Shown here piece after piece: positions 45,859-59,900 of a stretch of 64,000 bases of DNA. Source of the stretch: Vicugna vicugna (Eukaryota); the NCBI GenBank assembly GCA_013265495.1, contig MU057989.1:1565513-1629512 (forward strand). Reading direction: 5' to 3'. The notes beneath the pieces were generated by a model. That model did no database searches, was not told where the DNA came from, and saw nothing but the letters and a program-made list of their open reading frames with translations. Made by a program: the position numbers and the translations under genes. Position 1 is the stretch's first letter; each line of letters starts with the position of its first letter.

Positions 45859-46350
45859 CGCCGCCACTCGCTGCCCAGCGACCGTCGTCACCTGCCCGCC
45901 GTCTGCTCGCCACTCGGTCCGCAGGCGGGGCGCGGGCCCACCCCCCGCCGCCGATTGGCTGCGCCGGCACCCGCCCCGCCCCCAGCCCGCGACGCCGCGA
46001 GCGCCCTGGAACCCGCCGGCACCGGCCGGCCGCAGCAGCCGCGTCGGGCGCCGCTTCCATGGCTGCTCTCTAAGCTGGAGCGCTGTGGCCGCTCGTCCCG
46101 CCCCTTTCCTGCTCTTATAGGGCGCCGTGCTTCGCTTGCACTCATCGATTGGCTGGCAGGATGGCTTGCTCTCGCCGCGTCCGGCGATTGGTGGACGGGG
46201 CAGCTTGCTTCCGCCGGGCCTCGCCACCAGCCCGCTAGTTCCGCTGGTCCGGGAGGGGCCACCAGACAGTCCGGCGCTGTGCCGATGAAGTCGTCGCTCC
46301 GCGCCCGTCCCTACTTTTCCCTCGACCGCGTGGAGCCGGGGCGCGAACCA
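45560..46350 (-). promoter_or_regulatory. ROGDI: ROGDI CpG-island promoter
   Basis: Very high CpG density; CCAAT boxes (minus) at 45954-45958, 46148-46152 and 46187-46191; GC boxes; TATAAG at 46119-46114. Confidence 0.85.
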
Positions 46351-46384
46351 CCGCCAAGGTCACAGTTGTGTTACCAAGAAACGT

Positions 46385-46390
46385 TTTATT
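46385..46390 (-). terminator. GLYR1: GLYR1 distal polyadenylation signal
   Basis: AATAAA on minus about 2.07 kb after the GLYR1 stop, next to an N gap (46399-46543). Confidence 0.6.
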
Positions 46391-48151
46391 TTGCTTGCNN
46401 NNNNNNNNNNNNNNNNNNNNNNNNNNNNNNNNNNNNNNNNNNNNNNNNNNNNNNNNNNNNNNNNNNNNNNNNNNNNNNNNNNNNNNNNNNNNNNNNNNNN
46501 NNNNNNNNNNNNNNNNNNNNNNNNNNNNNNNNNNNNNNNNNNNAAAGGTTTAAAGGAAAAAAAAAAGGGTAGTGGTGGAGAGCTTTCATACAAGCTTTTT
46601 CACAAGTGTCACATTTTCTCCTTAAAAGGGAAGGTTTTCAAAACAAGGGTGAAATAGCTTAAACAGAAATAGTCATAGAAAGGAACTTTACAGAATTGTC
46701 AACAATATTAAGACAACATTGACTACCCAGTTTCGTTACAGCATCTTCCCCCACCCCCACCCCCCATGTCCGGCTAGGACGAGAACAGGCTTTGTATTCA
46801 GACAGAAAAGAATCCAACATCCCAGTGAAATTAACAACTGTGCCAAAAACCACAGGCATCTCCCCCGCCCCCTCCCCCCATGTCTTCTGAGATCCCCTAA
46901 CCTGGGTTCTGATCAGTGGAAAAGGGCCAAAGCTCTGAGGGGGAGGGGGCCCACACCAGCGTGGCCACCTCATTCTATTAACATTGTATATTCACTATAA
47001 ATGCTGACCTTCTGCACAGTGTTAACTTTGGAAAATTCAACCCATGCAGAGGGTGAAAACACTGACATCCTTTAGGTGACTTCTCCTTGTTCTTATGCCA
47101 CATTCCAAGCCCCTCTGGTCCCCCATCCAAGGAGAAATGCTAGGGTCTCGAGGATGTCTTAGGTCCACCTCTGAGGGTCAGTTAGCTCAGATTTGGTCAG
47201 GCCTAGCTCTCCTCTTCCCTCCCGACAGACCCTGGGGCCCTGGAAGCACCGAAGACCATGCTGCTGGCTGAAGTGAAGACACTCATTCCTGTTTCAAGAG
47301 CTGAGCCTAAGAAATGGTCATCGTTGGTCAGGCTGGGTCTGGGCCAAAGAAGGAACAGACAAAGAAATACTGTCTCCAAGGGAAGAAAAGGGGGAGAGTG
47401 GAGAATGGAGAAAGGTGGGCATGCAGGGGACTTGTGCAGGGGCAGGCTGGAGAAGATGGGACTGATGTGAGGGGACCTGGGTCAGAGTGGCTCTTCAGAG
47501 CCAGGTGAAGTGTCTGTAACGGAAACAGGAGGGAGCCCCACTCCCCCTCCCTCTTCACTCCTCACTTGTGGCCCTCAGGATCCCCTTTCCCAAGGGCTGG
47601 AATGCAAATCCAGATACAACAGCCTGGTGAGGAGTGAGCTCCCTACACCAAAGCGAGGAAGTCTGATCCCAGCCCAGGGCTCCACAGTGACGGTGACTTC
47701 TGGGACAGGTGCTGAACAGCAGCGAGTGGGTTCCTGTGAGGCTCACCTAGAGGCGGGCTGGCTGCTGCTCTCCCTGGAAAGCCAGAGCCCTGTCTTCGCT
47801 TGACTTTGCCAATCTTTTTTCAGCTCACAAAGGCATTTATGGAGAATTGGTTGCACACTGGTAGCTTAAACAGACAGTCCTCATCAGCTGGTCACCTGAG
47901 GTTGGAGGGCCCATGGAACCCTCTGTTTAGAGTCTGTGCTGGCTCATCTTGGCCCATAGGCTCTCTCTGTGTGGGATCCAGTGGGGCACGGTTGATAGAA
48001 CCACAGCCTCTTCACTCCGAGGGAAGCAGTGGGAAAGCTTCCAGTTCTCACTGCTGATTCTAGTGCCTCAACTGGAAGGGGTCTGAGATAAGACAACTCG
48101 GAAGAAGGAAAAAAAAAGCCAGGCAGCAGTTTCTGGGCAGCTTCTATCCCG

Positions 48152-48197
48152 GGGTGTGGGGTGTGTGGGGTGCGTGGGGTGTGTGTGTGTGTGTGTG
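48152..48197. repeat. (GGGGTGTG)n/(GT)n simple repeat in GLYR1 3' UTR
   Basis: ggggtgtggggtgtgtggggtgcgtggggtgtgtgtgtgtgtgtgtg visible; other (CA)n tracts at about 55157-55182 and 56939-56965. Confidence 0.85.
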
Positions 48198-48460
48198 AAC
48201 ACACAGCCACCTAGTCCAGGGCCAGTGCCCAGCTCAAGAGCTTTCCCACAGGCCAATCCTGCTGACATCTGTCCCCTCTCCAGGACCTCCAGGGGAGGAG
48301 TGATGCCGTGTGCTGTGCTGATGGCAAGTCTCAAAGTCTGTATAAAAGGAGATGGAGACAGGCGGACTGGTCCAGAGGTAAGTTCCAGGACCCCAACCCC
48401 GTATGAGGAAGAGGAGGTCAGAGGGAAGACTAGGGAGTGGGGTGGGGTGGGGCTCAGGGC

Positions 48461-51400
48461 TTAGTGTATATAGGCTCGGTACACGGCAGACATGTCGTTG
48501 TCAGACTGGTCCAGTGCCTTGGCTCTTTTGTACACCTGGAAAAAAATGACATGGGCTCAGTCTAGTCACAGAGCTGACTCACAGACACAGATCTGCTTCC
48601 TGGAGGCAGTCCTAGATGTTGTTAGGTAGGTAGGTTCTGGAGCCCAGGCTGTCTGGCTGTGACTCCTGGATCCTCCACTAACTCGCCTGACTTTGGACAA
48701 AGTGCCTCTGCCAGCGCTTCTTGATTTTACAGGGAAGGTGTTACTGTGAGGATTAAATGGAGTGAGGGATGTAAACTGTTCAGAGGCAGGGATGTAAACT
48801 CAGCATTGTTAGTAGTGACAATCAATCATGTCTCTTCCTGCTGAAGACACTCCGAGGGCTTCCCATGTTATTCTCTGGGCTGCTTCCCTGCCCTTCTCTC
48901 AGCATGGCTGGCTCCTTCCCAATCATCTCCGAGGCCTTACCTGCCTCTCCCACCTAAAGCAGCAGCTGCACCACTTCACCCGGCCATCCCTTTCCTTTTA
49001 CTTTGTTTTACTTTAATTCTAACCTTCTGCAATTCTTTTTCTTTAAATTTATTTTAAAATTTTTATTGGATTTTTTTTTTCAGGAGAAGGTAATTAGGTT
49101 TATTTATTTTAAATGGAAGTACTGGGGATCGAACCCAGGACCTCATGCATGCTAAGCATGTGCTCTACCACTGAGCTATACCCCCCCCTGCAATTTTTGT
49201 TTAAACATTTATGTGCTTACTTTGTGCCCCTTCCGTTTATGTAAGCTCCACAAGGAAGAGAAGGGGCTATACCCCATGTCCCCAGAGCCTAGAATTACAA
49301 TTACAGCTACCCAGAAGTACTAGGTAAATATGAAAGAGTGTGAGAAGAATTAAAAAGCTGCATTTCTCTCTTTTTTTAAACATAGCTCAGTTGGAGCTAC
49401 CATAATTGATGTCTACTACAGCTCAGGTGAAGCTGTCAACTCAGAATGAAGGCTAAGAAAAGACCTTTTTGGATTAAAAAAAACTCAGTCATTGTCAGTA
49501 GACCTGCATTCAAGAAATGCTAAAGCAGGTTCTTCCAGCTGAAAGGAAACAATACCAGACAGAAATTCAATTCTTCATAAAGTAATGAAAAGCACTGGAA
49601 ATGGTAAATTAGAGAAATATAAAGTTTTTCCCCCCTTAATTTCTTTAAATTACATGTGGCGACTTAAAGCAAGACATTCCAACACTGGTGGGTTAAAACA
49701 AAAGCAAATGTAACACACAGGACATCTGTACCCTAAAACAGTGGTTCTCAACCTGGGGTTATTCTGCACCCGCCCCCGAAGGGCATTTGGTAATGCCTGG
49801 GGACATCTGCTATCAACTGAGGGGGGTGCAACCAGTATCTAGTGGGTAGAAGACAGGGATGCTGCTAAACATCCTGCAATGCACGTACGGCTCCCACGAC
49901 AAAATGTCAAAGGTGCCCAGGTTGAGAAATTCTGCCTAAAAGGACAAGAGAGGGGTAAATGGATCTACATTTTATGTAAAGAGGTCCAATCTAGCATGTG
50001 AAGTTAAGGATGAATACAGCAATCCCTAGAGCAAAGATAAAAGAAAAACAACACATTGTTCAAAAACCAACAGATAAAATGAAATTCTAAAAAATATTCA
50101 AATATCCCAAAAGAAAGGAGGAACAGACAAATAAAAGCCAGAGAGGACAAATGGCAATCAAATGATAAAAAACGGTAGCTCCAAATCCAATCACATATCA
50201 ATAGACTTCAAGACAAAGACTAATGTCAACAGACCAGTTAACCTTAAGATCCTGAGCTCCAAACAGTGGAGAGTCTAAACTCACACCAACCAAAGGGCCA
50301 GAAGGCGCCATGCTCCACAGAGAAATTAATAACCAAAATGTTTCCAAGCCAACGAATCCTGTAGAGTCAGGGCAGAGGCAAGTGGAAATCACCTCACAGA
50401 CAAGCCCCAATTATAGACTGTCTACAACAGACACACTTTAAAAATACAGGCTGAAAGTAAACGGATTAAAAAAAGATGTACCACATGGAAACAGTAAGCA
50501 TGAGAAGGCTATGAAAATCAGACAACAGATTTCAAAATAAAGATCAAGATGGACATTTCATACCAAGAAAAGGGCAAATTCATGAGGAAGACATAACACT
50601 CATAAATGGCTAAGAGTTTCAAAGACATTATGTGCAATGGACAGGATTAAAGGGCAAAACAGATAATCCCACAATCGTAGTTGGAGATTTTAACAGCCCT
50701 CTCTCATAATGGGAAGAATCAGAGACAAAGGTCAGTAAAGACAATCTGTAAAAACACTACCAACCATCTCGACCTAAGCGATGTGTGCGGAACACAGCAC
50801 CCAATTGTAGGACACGCAGTCTTCTTAAGTGAACATGACACACCCACCAAGACAGACCATCTGCTGGACCACAAAACAAGTCTGAATCAATGCAGAGTTA
50901 AAAGCCATACATAATGTGTTTTGACCATGAGATATATTATAAATCAATTAACATTAGATGCCTAGGAGAACCCTTCAAGGTTTTTATTTATATTTGATAC
51001 ACTTTTAAGTAATCTACAGGGCAAAGAACTCACAGGGAAGTAAGCATGGCTCAGAAGGAAATGTACAACGTTAGAGAAGGTCTAAATCAATAACCTAAGG
51101 TTCCACCTTGAGAGACTAGGTGCAGAGCAAGAAAAGCCAAAGCAAGCAGAGGGAGGATACAAGCAAAACAAAGGGAGGACTGCCAGGACTTGCACCACAG
51201 CCTCCTGCAGTTACCTCATTGGCTGCAGCTGCCATAGGAGTCGGATGGTTAACGGCATCACCCAGCGCAATGGCTAAACGGAGATCCTTCTGAATGTATT
51301 TCAGGTAGAAATCAGGCTTAAAATTGCCTTGCAGGATATCTGAGGAGGGAAAGTCATTTATCAGAAGAAGTTAAAGAATCCTAAATAAGAAACTACCTAC

Positions 51401-54400
51401 AGTACTGTCAGGGCGCAACACCTACCATTTCTTCCCCCTTGGACACCCAAGAGACAAGTTCTTGGCCTGTACTCTGCAATGCCATCTGCCATGTCCCTGG
51501 ACCCTCTTTGACCAGGGGTCTGGACTGACTGGAGACCGTGCATGTGTCACATACAATGAGCCTCCCAAGAAGACACTGTTCTGTGACAGCTGCCTGTCCC
51601 AGTTTTCCAGCTCCAATCAAAAATAAAACACAAAGCAAGAGCCAAAGCCAACTTACTTTGGCACTTCTGGTCCAGGAAGATGCTGGCCAACTGTCCCTGA
51701 TTGAGGATGTCCAAGAGCGTCTGCTGGGACTGGCCTGTCACTTGGGCCAGGGTGAGCCCCTCAGCGATGGTGGCCATGAAGCTTCCCTGGACCATGTTCA
51801 CGATCAGCATCATCTTGGCTGCATTGCCAACCTCGCCTGCCCAGGGCAAAGCATCACGGTCACTTCCTAGGAATCCCGTGGAGAGGGACTTTCTGCCCAC
51901 CCTCACTCCTGCTCAGACCCACCTCTACACCCAGGGGAGGCCCTGTTCACCTGCCCCTGACAGAACTGGCTCTGACCCTTCTGGCTCTTCCTCCTTCCAG
52001 GCACTGACTGTGCAAGTCAAAGGAAACCTTCCCATGGGGCCCCAGGCAGAGGCCGTCCAGGACTGACACTGTCATCAGTGTAGTCTAGAGGGGATGTGGC
52101 CCACCCAGCCTCCAGGCCTGAAGTGGATCAACAGGTGGGCACGCATGTTACCTAGGAAGAAGGAGGTCTTCCCCATTGCCTGGAAGCAGCTGCTGCAGTC
52201 CTCATACAAGCCCCTGTCTCCGGCCGCTAAGATCACCAACATCCCATCATTAGATAGCTGCTGATTCCCTGAGACCGGGGCTTCCAGAAAGCGGCCCCCC
52301 CTGGATACAATCACCTAGAAAGGAAAGTCACAGCTTCTGGAGCCCTTGCCTCTCACAAGAGTCTTGGGCAGGGAGCAAGGAGCATACTGGGGTGGGTGCA
52401 GCTGGCTGTCCACACCAAGACCTAAAAGCTGCCACTTGTGCCAAGGTGCTGGACTAACACTGTGAGGGGGTCTGCAGACTGTCCTCCAAAGGACACCTGC
52501 ATCACATGCAGTAAACAGAGAGAAGCTGGAGTCCTCGCAGGCTCCCATTTACGTGGAGTTTCTTACAAAGACCCAAGATCATACCCAAACATGACCATGC
52601 CAATGGCTTGGCTGACCACACCTCCTACAAACACTACCCTTCTTCAACTTCAGCCACCCTCAGAACACACATGGGCCACAAGTCACTGCCCCTTCACCTG
52701 GGCCCAGCAGCTCAGGAGGGCGGAATACTCTGCTACTGTCAACTGCAGAAAGGTGCTGAACCCCAAAGAGCCCTGCTGGCAGCTACAGGGACCCGACGCC
52801 TGTCCCAGCCAGGAAACATCTCTCCTTTTATAGCCACTCAGACTAGCTGTAGCTTTGAAGGTAAAAAGTGAGGACAGGTTAGTCCCAAGGCTACTGGGCT
52901 CTCCTCTCTTCTCTGGCTTTGGCTCTGGAGTAACCAAATTGCCCACACTTAAGTGTGGTCAACCTGGGTCCTGGGCTCCAACTGAAAGGAAGCTGGAGGG
53001 CCAGCCTGAACGAGGCTGCTACCTGGGCGAGCTCGGTGACTGTGTCAGCATCCACTGTCGACATATCCACGTAGCACTTCCCAGGGCGGATCCCCTGCAG
53101 CACACCACTGGGCCCCAGCACCAGCTGTGGGGACACAAGGGAGAAGCAATAGCCCAGGCTCCCAGCCAGAAACCCAGGAGCCCCTTAGACCTCAGGTCAG
53201 TGTCCTGTTAATTTTTTTTAACTCATTTCTCAAACAGAAGCTAAATACTAAGGCTGAAAAGGGAAGAACGTGTAAATAAGCAAGGGAAAGAGGAGTATTT
53301 ATGGTATGTTCCCATTTATCTTCATTAAAAATCTCCCATTTAAAAGATGGGACCTCAGTATTTATTCTTTTTGCTTCTTTGGATTGACTTGGATTAGTCT
53401 AGACATGAGTTTAACAAGATGACTACTGCATTTGAGCTTCTAAACATACAAATACAGCGATAGCTAAACATAGGAACTTGGCACATGGACCAAAGGCACA
53501 CTCAGCCCCACAACTTCCAGCTCAACAAGAATACATGGGCCAGTCAGGAACCATCTCAGAATAGACCTCAGGGACCCTAGTCAATTTCATCCTTTGTTCT
53601 GAATTAGGACACCTGCATTCGGTTTATGCAAATACCCTTCACAATGGGGGCTGGTCCCCAAATGGGAAATTCAACCCCCCTACATGCAGACACTCACTCA
53701 GTTAGCAGGGGAGAAGGGGAGGAGGCCAGCCAGCTTTTCTGGCCACAACCTGAGACGCTGAGGGGAGGGAGGGGATCCTTACGTCCTTGGCTGCCTTTGG
53801 ATCCGACACACAGGCAAAGGTGATGTCACAAGTTGAAACGACTTCAGCGGGGGTTCTTCCTAGGCGGGCCCCCTCCTGGATGAACAAATCACACTGCAAA
53901 AGTCACAGATCCTAACGTGAGCCGCAGGCAGGGCACAACACACACACCAGCCAGGCCAGAGATGCGGTGCCCAGTCCTCCTGGTTGGTCTTCCAAAGCAG
54001 GAGGTTGAGGCTGGGAGCTGGGGAAATCAGCAGGCAGTATGACTGTGAGGAAAGTGGACGGGGGCCCCTTAAGGACAATCTTGTGTTTTTGCATACTTGA
54101 TGCCTAGGACAATGTTCAAGGCTCTACTTCACAGTTAAGCACAAAACAAGTGTCTGCTGAAGGCTTCCTGAAGGAAGAACAGAATGTGGATAGTACTTGT
54201 CCTTAGCCCTGTGGCTGTCTTGGCTGTGGCAAAACCCTCCCAGCACCCTGTGTGCTGGGGAGGCAGGGCTGGGCCTGAGAAGCTGCCATCCCTTACCGAA
54301 ATGTTTCCAGGGGGTCTAACGGCACTAACTTTTCTTTTCTGAAAACTAAAATCACCTAGAACATCCCATAACAAAACACATTATTAATATTTTGGTGTAT

Positions 54401-56940
54401 GTCCTTTTTCTAAAGGCATTTAAAGAAAGTATTTAAAATAATTTGGACCTATTCTTTTGTATCAATTTTTAATATTTTATATGACTTACATTGATTAATA
54501 TTGTAGTCTTTAATAATTATTATTTATAATGGATGGCTGCAGAATATTCCATCAAGAGATATACCTGAATTTACCTAATGGCTCCCCTGTAGTTCATTAT
54601 CTGGCCCGCTTTTAGTCATAAATGACCCCAACAAGTATCTTTATGTACAATACTTCTCTATGTTTTGAATTTAGGTCTCTGTAAGTAGAACAAAACAGGT
54701 TCCAAAAAATGATTTAAAAAAATGTAGACAGAAAGCTTTCCAATGGGATTGTGTCAATTACAGTGATCACTGGCAAGGTCTCAAATCACCAGCACTGGGC
54801 ACCTCATTTAAAAATAAGTACCCAAAAATACATTAAAATTTTGTTCTACTTCATTTAGCCACTCAATAATTGCAAACTTGCTTACTATATTTTGATTACT
54901 CCTGATTACTGAACCTCTTTAATTCCTTTATTTATGAACTGTTTCCTCTTTGTGAGCTATTTTTAAATCTTAGTGTTATTAAACTATGTGTTTAATAAGA
55001 AAATTCACTCCTGGGTTATATATCTGAAGAACACAAAAAGACTAAATTGAAAAGATATACGCAGACCAAATGTTCATAGCAGCATTACAAAAGCCAAAAT
55101 ATGGAGGTGATCTAAGTGTCTATCAATAGACGAATGGTTAAAGAAAGAGATGGTGTTCACACACACACACACACACACACACAATGCAGTATTAGCCACA
55201 AAAAAGGATGAAATTCTGTCATTTGCAACAACATGGATGGACTCAGAGGGTTTTATTATGCTTAGTGAAGTAAGTCAGAGAAAGACTAATACTCTATGCT
55301 ATCACTTATATGTGAAATCTAAAAAATAAACAAATGAATATGCCAAAACAGAAACAGACTCACAGAACAAATTAGCAGTTATCAGTGAGGAGAAGGGGGG
55401 CGGGCAAGATACGAGTAGGGGATTAAGAGGTACAAACTACTATTATAAAATAAATCAGCTACAAAGATATATTGTATAGCACAGTCATTCTTTTATAGTA
55501 AGTTTAAATGGAGTATAACCAATAAAAATATTGAATCATTATGCTGTACACCTGAAACTAATGTACTATTGTAAATCGATACTTCAATAAAAAACAAAAA
55601 CAAACAAAAAACTAGAAAAATACACAAAAATTGTGTTAGGGTAGTGAGATTACAATTTTAAAAATACAAAACATTTTAAATTCTAAAAAAATAAAAAACT
55701 AGTTGACGTACCTTTCAATTTTATTTTTTGTTTATTTTTTGTTGTGGGGAGTATTATTAAAAACTATTCATTCTTTTCTTCAGTGACTTTGATTGGTTTT
55801 AGGCTAAGATCTATGTTAATATTTAATTTTGTTTTCTTCTGGTTTTTCGTTTTGAAAAAGAAAAAAAGAAGGTAAAGCAGTAGAGCTATCTGACTCCAAA
55901 ATCCCAAGTTTGTAATTGCTTCGCTCTACTGCCTTCCAGTCAATTAATGCAGAAAGAATGGCAATATTTATTACAATTAGGCTTTTCAATCAAGAACACA
56001 GAATAACCAGGGGCATGTCTACCAATGGGAAATGTACTTATAATGCAAACCCTTGGATCCTCCTGGTATTTTGCAACTGTGCATGCCTACACGTCCTGGT
56101 TACTCTGGCCCCAAATCACAAAATATCCTGCTCCAAGATCTCACTCCTGACCAAGGTCCCTGCAGTGCCTACCCAATGCCCAGCACCTGAAGCCCCTTCC
56201 CCCAGGCTCTCTCAGCTCTCCAACCAGCTCCTTATTCTTGAAAAGGACTGTTTCGGCAAAGTGAATTTCTTACTTCGTTCAGAACATTTTTGTTAATTCA
56301 AACCCACCAGCTCTGCTACCTCCCATAAGCAGTTACACCTCATTTCGGCTGTCACCTCCCTGCACACACGGGACGCTCACCCTGTCATTCACAAATACAT
56401 GCTCAGCCACACCTTGTTCCTCAAGAGGCTGGTCTTTTCTTGGTCTCTTTCTTTGTTCCTGGCAAGTTCAGTTCTTTAGCTTCTGGTACTCAGACTATAG
56501 TTCTTCACCTTTTCTTGGATGAGAACTTAATGGGAGCCATGGCCTCTCTCCATTACAAAGATTTGAACATTTGCAGACTTGGAATTCCATTTCAGGGCAT
56601 CCATAGACCCCTTGAAGCCATGGATCGCCTTAGGTTAAGAATTTCTAAACCTGTCCTGTCCAATATGGTAGCCACTAGCCACAGGGGACTGTTTAAATTG
56701 AAATGAAATAAAACTTAAAATTCAATTCTTTAGTTTACTAGTCATGAATCAAGTGTTCAAGAGCCACACGTGGCTAGTGGGTACCACACAAGGCCAGTGC
56801 AAGGTAAAGAACATCTCCATCACTGCAGGACACGCGACTGCACAGTGCTGCCGACACGACGCAAATGACAGAACACGGCGCAGCCGTTAACAAGGACAAA
56901 GCAGACCTATTGATATATACTCCCTATCAATGAATTCACA

Positions 56941-56971
<31 letters not shown>

Positions 56972-59900
56972 TGTGCAAGGAGAAACCTAACAGGTTTTCT
57001 TTTCCATTACATATCTCAGGCAACAGCAGAGAGGAGGAAACTTCCATTTTATTCTGTATCTCTGGGTGTTTTTAAATGTTTAAAACATCCTTTACTGGTT
57101 TATCTACATCCCTACCTGCCTGAGCTAAGAGCTTGGCTTCTACTCTCTGGAGCAGAATGCTGATCAGAGACAACAGGGAGATTCCTGTCCTCAGTTACCC
57201 CAACCCCAAGGGTCAAGGCTCCAGCCGCCCCACCCGACGAGCACTGCCCTGAATGCTTACTTTCTCGGCAGTCCGGTTCCAGACAGTCACTGTGTGACCC
57301 ATTTTTAGCAAGTTGGAGACGATGCCACTTCCCATGAGGCCAAGACCCAAAAATCCTATCCTGAAAAAGAGAGACTGATCAGTTCAAAGTGGCGGGGACA
57401 GGCTAAGAGCCTGAGTGACACACAGGCTCCGCTTCCTCATAAACCCAGGGTCTGGGATCTCACCACAGACCACCAGGAACCCCACTCCATGGTATGCGGA
57501 CCTCACGACTGCAGAGCCAGTGGTAACGCAGGGTGCGGCTTCTCGTTATTCCACCACCGTTTACCAGTGTTACATTATCTTCAGCTGCTGCAGTGGTTCC
57601 CGATCAGCCACCTTGAGCGCTAGGCCTTCAGATGCCCATTTAAAGGACTTCGAGATCCAAGACAAGAAATGGGAGCAGTGTACGGAGCCAGACACCCTCC
57701 TCCACCGCAGGAGCCAGGATCCCAGCACTCACCTCCCCTTCCTGCCTCCACATCCCACACCACCTTTGCACCCTTCCTGCTGTCAGCAGGGGTGGGTCTT
57801 GCTCCTCATCTTCAAACCAGACTGAGCTCTGAAACCAATCTTTCCCTGTTCTCACTGCAGGCCTGTTATGATCCTTGTGACCAATGCTCTTGGGTGGACA
57901 GTACATCTGCTTACCTCCACCTCCTACAGCTTGCCCCTTCCTGTAGCCTCCAGAACCTGGGAGCTATGAGCTGCTTCTGCTATTTCTACACGCTTCTATA
58001 GATGAGTTTATCTTGCCCAAGCCTTTCTTGGCTTTTGCACTTCTTCATCTCTCCTTGCACGTGACATGGCTAAACAATGCCTCTTTCTTCATTTATTACA
58101 TCGTGTCCTTACTCATCATGTTCTTGGGTTTCTCTCAGCAACAATATCCTCCGCAGCTGCTCCACTCTGACCTGTGTTATTCCTTCAGTATTTTCAGTCT
58201 CCCGGGAGTCACATCCCCAGCCACCTCTGCAAACTGGCTCGTGCATTTGGAGGCTCCCTTAATCCCTGTTGTAATACGCACTCTCACTTTCTGTCCCAGC
58301 CGGCTCTAGGTCGTCTGAATCAAATGTTGAAAATGGAACCTACCACTTTCCCCACCAAATGGCACCCTTGGCCATTAAGTTTTAAGCCAAAGCTTAAAAA
58401 TAAGCAGGTTCATTCATCGTTACCTGGGTAGTGCAAGTTTTCCCTGTGATTCTAAATCATGACAAACCAATTCTCTTCCCTTTTCTTGGTGTTCCAGGAG
58501 CCGAGCAGACCCGGGGATGAAGCTGATGCATTTTTAACATGGCAGCTGACAGCGCCTCGTGGTATCCTTGAGGCAAGATGGACAACGTGGACCAGGTGGA
58601 CTGGGTACAGTGCCGCTGGTTTGCTTCACAGTTGACGTCTCACTTATGTTAAAACAGGGTTTGACTAATGGGCGACAAAACCTGGGAGAAAGCACTGGGA
58701 CTCTGTCCTCACCCCAGAGCTGAACTTCTTTTTTTTAAACCAACACAATCCTCATTAATTTAACGAGCGACACCCATCCTCTTTTTTTAAATTTTATTTG
58801 TTACTAAAAAAAATTGTTTTGGCAGGGGGAGGAGATAATTAGGTTTTTATTTATTTATTTTTAATGGAGGTACTGGGGACTGAACCCAGGACCTTGTGCA
58901 TGCTGGGCACACGCTCTACCACTGAGCTATACCCTCCCCCTACCTCTCTTTTATTAGCACATACATGCCTTTATCTTCCTCACTCTACAAAGGAAGTTCA
59001 CTAAATATAACTGGTAGAACCAGTGATTTCAACAGTACAAAAAATTATGTACAAAGTAAAAGACATACTGTTTTTAGCCTGAGAAATAACTGTACAGAAG
59101 ACACAGATGGGAAATTCAGACTTAGCTATGCTGCTCAGGAGAATGCTCCTTCTTTAAGAACCCTTTCCATCAACATGACTGTGCAACACAACTGGCTGTC
59201 AGAGGCAAGACAGAGGCGAGTGCGGAGGCAAGCTAAGGCCTGGGGACCACAGGCGAGGCTCCCCCACCTGCTTGGGTGGGGCAGATGGCAGCAGGCAGGT
59301 ACACAGGAAGGCCCAGGAGGCCACAGCAGGGAGAAGAGGGGAAGGCAGGACAATTGGCTTTCTTCATCTCTTACCCGCACCTGTCCCCACCAGCGCCAAG
59401 GTCAGGGTTTTCATCATAGTTCTACAAACCAGTGGTTCTTAAAGTGTGGTCTCCTGACTAGCAGCAACAGCGTATCTGGGAATTTGTTCGCCCCAGACCT
59501 ACTGACCAAGAAACCCTGTGAGTGGAGTCCAGCAACTGGTGCTTTAGGAGGAAACTTCCAGGCGATTCTGCGGCACAGCAAAGCCTGAGAACCACTGACT
59601 CAAGTGTCTCCTGCTTAAAGACTCAACAGTGAGCATGAAGCCAACTACACCATACATTTACAGGGCAGCTCCTGTCTCCTGCAAGTCAAATTACTCCCAG
59701 GCAAATCACTAAGAATTACAACTATCCCCCCCTCTTTTCACTCAGTCCCAGCAATGGCTGGGACATACTCTTAGCAAGCCCCTGAGGTCACCCCACCCCG
59801 CTTAGCCCCAGCAGAACCAGAGCTACAGAAGCCTTTTCATCAAAGGTCCTACTTTTTGTCTGTGGGTGTGATGCTGCCATTCACGGCCGTGCTGTCTGCT

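Noticed and set aside
45745-46572. 275-aa plus-strand ORF over the ROGDI promoter
   Set aside because: GC-rich, low-complexity, runs through an N gap, with no recognisable domain.
58480-58700. CpG-containing intronic segment in GLYR1 with a CRE-like TGACGTCT
   Set aside because: Could be an enhancer or cryptic exon, but nothing in the sequence alone supports a call.
58965-59588. 207-aa ORF in a GLYR1 intron (antisense)
   Set aside because: Its 3' part is MER5A sequence, and no domain or splice support was seen.
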